Part shown: positions 58,352 to 64,000 of the stretch, piece after piece
How positions within the stretch are numbered: the first letter of the stretch is position 1
Layout: each line of letters opens with the position of its first letter
From: an uncultured Nitrososphaerota archaeon
GTDB taxonomy: Archaea > Thermoproteota > EX4484-205 > JAAOZO01
Length of the DNA: 64,000 nt
Direction: 5' to 3'
NCBI GenBank assembly: GCA_964408285.1
Contig: CAYOYV010000006.1
Location: forward strand, 31,635 to 95,634
Notes under the pieces: generated by a model
Told to the model about the DNA's origin: nothing
Seen by the model: only the letters and a program-made list of their open reading frames with translations
The model's database searches: none
Translations under genes and position numbers: made by a program

Positions 58352-59149
58352 ATGATCGAGAATCCAGTCATCAGGACTATGCTAGAGCACAGATCTATCC
58401 GTAGCTACACTGCTGATATGCCCAGTGATGAAGTCATTAAGACGATCGTACGCGCCGGGCAGCAGGCACCATTCGCGCACCAGATCTACAGCGTGCTGTT
58501 GTCTCGCAAACGCGAGAAGAACCCGTTCAAAGCGCCACTGCTATTCACCATATGCGTTGACGTGCAAAAGTTCGAGCGCATTATGGCCAGGCGTGGATGG
58601 AAGACGGTCTCGAACGACTTGACTCTCCTATTGTTCGGAATTGAGGACGCATCGTATATGGCGCAGAACATGGTTGTGGCGGCGCGTAGCCTTGGTCTTG
58701 GCAGTTGTTTTCTGGGAGGGGTGCTCACGAATCCCGCTGGTGTCGCGAGTCAATACCGACTGCCCAAGCGAGTTTATCCGATAGTGCAGCTGGCGATGGG
58801 CTATCCCTCCGAAAATCCGCCGACAAGGCCTCGGTACCCATTAGACTTTGTGCTGTTCGAGGATGAGTATCCCGAACTCAACGATGCGACGATTGAGAGG
58901 GCAATGAAGGAGATGGATGAAGGCTACCTTGCCCAAGACTACTACAAGAAGAACAAAGCCATGATTTCAGTCAAGGGCAAACGCGAGGAGACCTATACGT
59001 TCATGGATTACAGTTGGACCGAGCACATCTCACGCAAGCTCGGTTTATGGAATGCATCAGAAGCAGTTCAGAGAAAGCACCTAGCCGAGCGAGGGTTCGT
59101 TATATGTCGTGAAAAAGGGGGATCTCGGCGATCACAGCGCGCACTCTAA
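58352..59149 (+). CDS. nitroreductase (NfsA/FRP-like)
   Basis: HRSIRSY, AQNMVVAARSLGLGSCFLG, RPRYP; GGTGA SD before ATG 58352. Confidence 0.88.
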   Translation: MIENPVIRTMLEHRSIRSYTADMPSDEVIKTIVRAGQQAPFAHQIYSVLLSRKREKNPFKAPLLFTICVDVQKFERIMARRGWKTVSNDLTLLLFGIEDASYMAQNMVVAARSLGLGSCFLGGVLTNPAGVASQYRLPKRVYPIVQLAMGYPSENPPTRPRYPLDFVLFEDEYPELNDATIERAMKEMDEGYLAQDYYKKNKAMISVKGKREETYTFMDYSWTEHISRKLGLWNASEAVQRKHLAERGFVICREKGGSRRSQRAL

Positions 59150-59919
59150 GACTCATATGCGCGCGCCTTCCTACTGGCCTTTACAGATTCGATTATAACG
59201 GACTGTGGCCTTACCAGTACTTCCCTGAGCGGAGGATGCTTGCGTGCTGCTTTGCTTGTCGGAGTTGGCTCAATCATCCTTCGAATCAGAAAGCCGTTCT
59301 TGTACAATGCCCTAGAATAGTCCGATAGCGTTCTGTGGAAACCTGTAGTCCTGAATGGCTTTGAAAGTCTCTTCATGTTCCATCGGATGGGACACTTCAC
59401 TGTGCCAAAATATCCGAGCCACGCATGAATTCTCATCCTCTTCCTCACTGTAGTTTCGAAACACGGATGCGGGATAGAAAAAATGAACCTGCCACTGTTC
59501 TTCAGGACCCTTGCCACTTCGGATATGGCTTTTTCGTAATGCTCAATGTCTTGTAGCGACATGAAACAAGTTACGAGGTCGAAACAATCACTTGACAAGC
59601 CCTTCAGGTCAGCAGCGTCGACTTTGTGATAGCGTATGCCGAGTCTATGCTTTCTTTCTTCCAGTCTTGCCAGTCTTATCATTTTCTCTGAGAAATCTAT
59701 GCCGGTAGTCCTGGCACCTCTTCCTGCCAGAATTCTCGTATTGTATCCTTCTCCACAGGCTAGGTCCAGCACGAACAGACCCCTGACATCACCTATTACC
59801 TCAAAAGCCGCTGGGTTATTGAGTTCGTCTCTGTAATAGTCCTTGTGATTCCTTACAAAATCCGCCCAGGCTTCCACCGCGTCATCCCATTCCTTTTCTA
59901 TGGATTGCTTCCTGGGCAA
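59146..59919 (-). CDS. class I SAM-dependent methyltransferase
   Basis: VLDLACGEG, RVLKNSGRF..SIPHP, FHRTLS.Y. Confidence 0.9.
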   Translation of the reverse strand: MPRKQSIEKEWDDAVEAWADFVRNHKDYYRDELNNPAAFEVIGDVRGLFVLDLACGEGYNTRILAGRGARTTGIDFSEKMIRLARLEERKHRLGIRYHKVDAADLKGLSSDCFDLVTCFMSLQDIEHYEKAISEVARVLKNSGRFIFSIPHPCFETTVRKRMRIHAWLGYFGTVKCPIRWNMKRLSKPFRTTGFHRTLSDYSRALYKNGFLIRRMIEPTPTSKAARKHPPLREVLVRPQSVIIESVKASRKARAYES

Positions 59920-60083
59920 GAAACTTCCACCTTTTGTCTTCGCATTCCAACGGCAAGATAAGTGTTTTAGCAGGCGCTAAGGAAATAAAGGCATCAAAAC
60001 GGGGGACGGCCAAACGTGAGGGCAATAACGGTCTTTCAAAGCTCAGGAATCGAGGAAAACATCTTATCGGCCGCGGCGATATC

Positions 60084-60290
60084 TCAATATTTGACACCTC
60101 TGTCCCACCATGGACACGTCATCTGCGAAACGCCTACGAAAAACCCGACAATCTGTCCGTTCATCTCCGCTACAATAAACCCGTCCTCGGACTTCAACTG
60201 GGGGCAATCCTCAAAGAACTGGGGGTAGATGCTTCGAATTCCATCAGTATCTCTCTCCTCAAATCGTCTGAAGAAGACGTTGGATGAATC
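60084..60290 (-). pseudogene. N-terminal fragment of a GNAT acetyltransferase
   Basis: FRRFEERD..GI...FIVAEMNGQIVGF followed by an early stop. Confidence 0.5.
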
Positions 60291-60626
60291 TTTTGGTGGC
60301 ATTCTCCCCCAATTTGCATAGTCGATGATTCTGAGATTTTTATAAGAGTTGCTTTGATAAGCGGGCGCTAAGCGGCTGAGGGCTGAAACCTGCATGAACC
60401 CCTGGACAGATCTCTAAGTTCCTACGTGAACTGATGCGGACAACGCGCGGATGATTGACGGTACATTATCTATTCCCTGTTCTTAGTTCTCTTTATTGAT
60501 TTCCAAATCAGCCAAGGGAAAGCAAGAGCAAATCCCTCGACCGTTAGGCACCCTCGCACGCGGGGAATCCGATGGCGACAAACATTTTATAAACGGGGCG
60601 CTCTATTTTCGGCTGTTGGGCGACTC

Positions 60627-60986
60627 TTGGGGGAGACGTACATTCGTATAAGAATACGAGCGTTAGGGGGAACAGAGGTTGAAGAAGCACATCTTCTCGT
60701 GGACACAGGGGCGACCTACTCTTGGATTTCTGGCAAAACGCTGGAAAGAATCGGGGTAAAGTCCTCTAGGAAGATGAAGTTCAAGACGATCAATGGTGAG
60801 ATAGTGGAAAGAAAGGTCGGACATGTGCTTGTAGAATACGCTGGCGAGGAAGCACCGACTACTACGGTACTTGCGGAGGATGGCGACGGAAATGTTTTCG
60901 GCCTGCACGGCTTAGAGAGCTTGGGGCTTGAGGTCGACCCGACGACACAACAAATCAGGAAAAGCGAGGCCCTGCTTGCACTATAA
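60627..60986 (+). CDS. clan AA retropepsin-like aspartyl protease
   Basis: LVDTGATYS, FGLHGLESLGL.VDP. Confidence 0.88.
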   Translation: MGETYIRIRIRALGGTEVEEAHLLVDTGATYSWISGKTLERIGVKSSRKMKFKTINGEIVERKVGHVLVEYAGEEAPTTTVLAEDGDGNVFGLHGLESLGLEVDPTTQQIRKSEALLAL

Positions 60987-61045
60987 CTAGCAATGGATTC
61001 GTCAGCATCTGGATGACTAGGCTACTGGCGGGATCGCCACTTGGT

Positions 61046-61450
61046 CTACCAATGCCTTGAGAGCGTGATTTTCAAAAGCTCCTCCCGCAGGTCATACACC
61101 ATTTGCCTCATAAGGTCCTGATGGATGTCTGTCCAAACTGCGTCTGGGGATCTCACGATTAGCTCAACCTGATAGAATTCCGTTGAAGAAATATACCTGA
61201 TATTGACTTGGTGAGTGGCTGATCTTTCTGAATTCCCGACGAGGTCCCTATAGTCCAAAAGCAAACTCTCTCCGTCAGCTTCTCGTTCGTGTGAACGGAC
61301 AGAGACACCGTAATGTGTGGTGGAATAGCGCGCGCGAGATGAGCGATTATCCATCCGAGACTGGTCAACATACGCTTGGATAGGGGAGCAAATCAGCGAA
61401 TAGTTGGAGCTAAGATTTCGTTCTCCGGTCCAGTCTCCAAGGTAGAACAT
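61046..61450 (-). CDS. hypothetical protein (possibly a fragment)
   Basis: 134-aa ORF directly downstream of relE; no recognised motif. Confidence 0.35.
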   Translation of the reverse strand: MFYLGDWTGERNLSSNYSLICSPIQAYVDQSRMDNRSSRARYSTTHYGVSVRSHEREADGESLLLDYRDLVGNSERSATHQVNIRYISSTEFYQVELIVRSPDAVWTDIHQDLMRQMVYDLREELLKITLSRHW

Positions 61451-61458
61451 GAACCAGC

Positions 61459-61728
61459 TTAGAGGAGTTTTGAGAAATCATCGTAGACCTTCCGCCTGTG
61501 GCCAACGAATAGAATGATGACTCTGCGGTCCTTGACCTGAATCTCATATATCGCCCTATGATCTCCGATCTTTAGCCTCCAGAAGTTCGTCGGTTTAAGC
61601 CTCTCTCCTTTTCGCTCGGGCGAATCCTGCAGTTCCTTCAGGCGACTCTTGATTGTGGTTCTAAGCTGGGGATCTGCTTTCTTGATAGACTCGGCTGCCT
61701 TTGGATGTAAGAGGATCTGGCAGCGCAA
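61459..61728 (-). CDS. RelE/ParE-family toxin
   Basis: HPKA...IK.RLKEL..SP, WRLKIGDHRAIYEI, VGHRRKVY. Confidence 0.9.
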   Translation of the reverse strand: MRCQILLHPKAAESIKKADPQLRTTIKSRLKELQDSPERKGERLKPTNFWRLKIGDHRAIYEIQVKDRRVIILFVGHRRKVYDDFSKLL

Positions 61729-61729
61729 G

Positions 61730-61960
61730 TCAACGAACTGCCTCTAGGGGCAACAGGACTTCAGGCTTTTCTCTGGCATCCTTGCTCCGTTGCATTAGCA
61801 TCTCATAGAACTCCCTAGTCCGTTCCCTCTCCTGATGCAAAGCTACAATTGTCTTGATCGCATCGCTTCTGCTCGCAAATCTCCCTCTTGCAACTGATCT
61901 GTCGATTTGATGAATCAATTCGTCTGGCATTCTGACCTGAACCTGAACTGTCCGTTTCAT
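61730..61960 (-). CDS. ribbon-helix-helix antitoxin
   Basis: VQVRMPDELIHQIDRSV..GRFASRSDAI; immediately upstream of RelE. Confidence 0.85.
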   Translation of the reverse strand: MKRTVQVQVRMPDELIHQIDRSVARGRFASRSDAIKTIVALHQERERTREFYEMLMQRSKDAREKPEVLLPLEAVR

Positions 61961-62286
61961 GTGTAAACAATCTGGTTTACGTCTTATAAGGGTTTCTAGG
62001 ACCCTTTTCAGCTGGGCCTGACGTGACAACTTGAGATCAGTGAATCAGTCGTCTACTCATGTTGGGAATGTATTTTCTGGGGCCGTCTCAGGAAAAAGGA
62101 TGAAGGGCGGCTTGCAACAACCGATAGACAGTTCTGTCAGTCTTTGGATGAAATGGATTGATGATTGCCCAAGATGCGGTCAGAAGGTCGTCTAAGAAAT
62201 GCCTCACTGCAATTGCAGCGAGATACGTGCGCGCCCACCTTACAACTGGCGATTACTTTATTACCACCTTAATGATTGTGCCGGCG

Positions 62287-62682
62287 ATGAGCGAGAAGGA
62301 AGTTAGATGGGCGAACATCTACGTCTACTCCAGCTTCAATAATACATTGATCCACGCGACGGATTTGTCCGGGACACACACACTGGCCTTCTCGAGCGGA
62401 GGGAGACACGTTAAGGCTGACAGGTTGAAGCCGAGCCAATATGCAGCGATGAGTGCTGCGTTTAGAGTTTCGGATGAGTTGAAGAAAAGGAAGATCACGC
62501 ATGTGCACATACTCGTGCGTGGGGTCGGGGGTCATGGACCAAAAACTCCGGGACAAGGAGCTCAATCAGCGATCCGCGCAATTGCGCGATCAGGTTTTGT
62601 GATTGGAAGGATCGAGGACGTAACGCCCTTACCAAGTGACGGAACACGCAGAGCTGGGGGGCGTCGCGGAAGACGCATGTGA
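62287..62682 (+). CDS. rps11: 30S ribosomal protein S11
   Basis: [48 protein letters not shown]. Confidence 0.97.
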   Translation: MSEKEVRWANIYVYSSFNNTLIHATDLSGTHTLAFSSGGRHVKADRLKPSQYAAMSAAFRVSDELKKRKITHVHILVRGVGGHGPKTPGQGAQSAIRAIARSGFVIGRIEDVTPLPSDGTRRAGGRRGRRM

Positions 62683-63047
62683 GATTTCTATATATATCTC
62701 CATAGTAGATGAATCATGACTGTTTGAATAACGTACATGAGGGATCGTTGGACTATGTGGAGGTGGCACAGGGGGCGGCTTGATTTGATGGGTCCTTATG
62801 GTATGGTCGCTTGTGTTCGGGGTACAATGGCATATTGCATGGTGGGGAAGGCGGGACGATTGCGTCGGCTGTGTTTAAGATGAGGGCTGTGATTTTTCGT
62901 TTGGCCGTGAATGGAAACACGAGTCGATTTGGTGGGTTATAGGTGCCATGAGGCGTGATGATGTGTGATTGTGTTTGCGGGAGGATCTTCGGACAGGAAC
63001 ATGGCGGAATGCCTTATCCGAAGCCTGTACTAGATCTGCTGCATGAG

Positions 63048-63737
63048 TTAGGTCATTGTGTCCTGATTCTCTTGTATGTAGATCTTGGTGGCGTATTTGA
63101 GGCCGTCGTAAACCCTGAGGAGAATCGAGTTTTGTTTCCTATCAATTTCGAAGTCTTCGATTATCCTTTGGACGGAAATGAGCCTTCTTGTTTCGTCCCA
63201 GTACCGCTTCTTGTTGTTATGTATTATGAGATTCCTGGCATCTGATATCAGCGCATATAGCATCATTCCTATCAGGACATTCGTTAGCTCCATCATGTCC
63301 CCTCTGGGCAATTCATCGCGGTAATTTCTGGCGAGCACCAAGTACAATTCGTGCAGACAATTCTCGATGTCCTCATAGAGGCTCTCGTATTTGCCTCCTG
63401 GACTTATATCGGGAGTTTCAGGAAGCGGAATGTCTAATCTTTCAGCTGAGGCCGTGAAGTACTTCTCTACTAGGTTCCCGACCTGCTGCGTTCTTGCGAA
63501 CTTGATTTCCTTTTTCTTCCACATTTTCCGAACATGATAGAGCACAGTAGTCTTACTAACATGCAAGGCCCTAGCGATCTTGCTCGGTGACATTTCGCCT
63601 TCCTCATAGAGCAAATTGAAAATCTTCCTTCGCGTTCCGGACTCTGCTTTCAGGGTGTTTGCAAGACTATCATCAGTGACAACAAAGTTTCTTTCAAACA
63701 CATGGGGTATGATTTCTTTCATTAGACCAAGAACCAT
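63048..63737 (-). CDS. ArsR/HTH_20-type transcriptional regulator
   Basis: TRRKIFNLL...MSPSKIARAL.VSKTTVLYHV, GNLVEKYF. Confidence 0.8.
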   Translation of the reverse strand: MVLGLMKEIIPHVFERNFVVTDDSLANTLKAESGTRRKIFNLLYEEGEMSPSKIARALHVSKTTVLYHVRKMWKKKEIKFARTQQVGNLVEKYFTASAERLDIPLPETPDISPGGKYESLYEDIENCLHELYLVLARNYRDELPRGDMMELTNVLIGMMLYALISDARNLIIHNNKKRYWDETRRLISVQRIIEDFEIDRKQNSILLRVYDGLKYATKIYIQENQDTMT

Positions 63738-63916
63738 TAGTAATACCGGGAATATGAGTATATTCCCGAGCCGGCTGAGTAGCTGCCCAATACCAATGAT
63801 CTTGGCTGCAGATTAACTAGGAAAGCATGGACCGCCCTGTCCTGGTGCCATAATGGGAGAAGGGGTAGAATTCTAGTCCGCAGCCCTGGTAGGTTGAGCT
63901 CCTCGTCTTCTTTTCT

Positions 63917-64000
63917 CTATTCTCTGTCAGGAGCCTCCCCAAAGAGTTCTGGGAAGTCCTCCTTCAGGAATTCGATCTTCTCAAGCGGGAATGGCTCAAG
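63917..64000 (-). CDS. possible C-terminal end of a CDS running off the window
   Basis: Open frame LEPFPLEKIEFLKEDFPELFGEAPDRE* up to the window edge. Confidence 0.35.
   Translation of the reverse strand, partial: LEPFPLEKIEFLKEDFPELFGEAPDRE

Noticed and set aside
1-64000. CRISPR arrays, rRNA genes and intact IS elements
   Set aside because: No regularly spaced repeats, rRNA signatures or transposase ORFs were seen by eye

Overview
Archaeal chromosomal segment, probably an uncultured TACK/Thermoproteota-type lineage (inferred from L14e, S27ae, S6e, the cbf5 intron and a multi-intron tRNA). It is mostly core informational genes: the end of the spc operon (L6 to cbf5), tRNA-Ser, S13-S4, L15e, YchF, the S3ae-KEOPS-rpoE-aIF2gamma-S6e-aIF5B-ndk-L7ae cluster, gltX, mevalonate genes, the rpoD-L18e-L13-S9-rpoN-S2 cluster and an orphan S11. 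These are interspersed with accessory genes (glycosylation, glycoside hydrolases, nitroreductases, methyltransferases, a TA module) and several pseudogenes. The main observation is at least six tiny bulge-helix-bulge (BHB)-type introns. Two of them (22 and 19 nt) interrupt the GTPase G1 and G2 motifs of the translation factor aIF5B/IF2. Removing both at the BHB-predicted cut sites restores a continuous 594-aa protein. The others are a 15-nt intron in the catalytic Asp codon of cbf5 and three introns in tRNA-Ser(GGA). This suggests endonuclease-dependent pre-mRNA splicing beyond the known cbf5 case. All product calls come from recognising motifs by eye; no database searches or folding programs were run.
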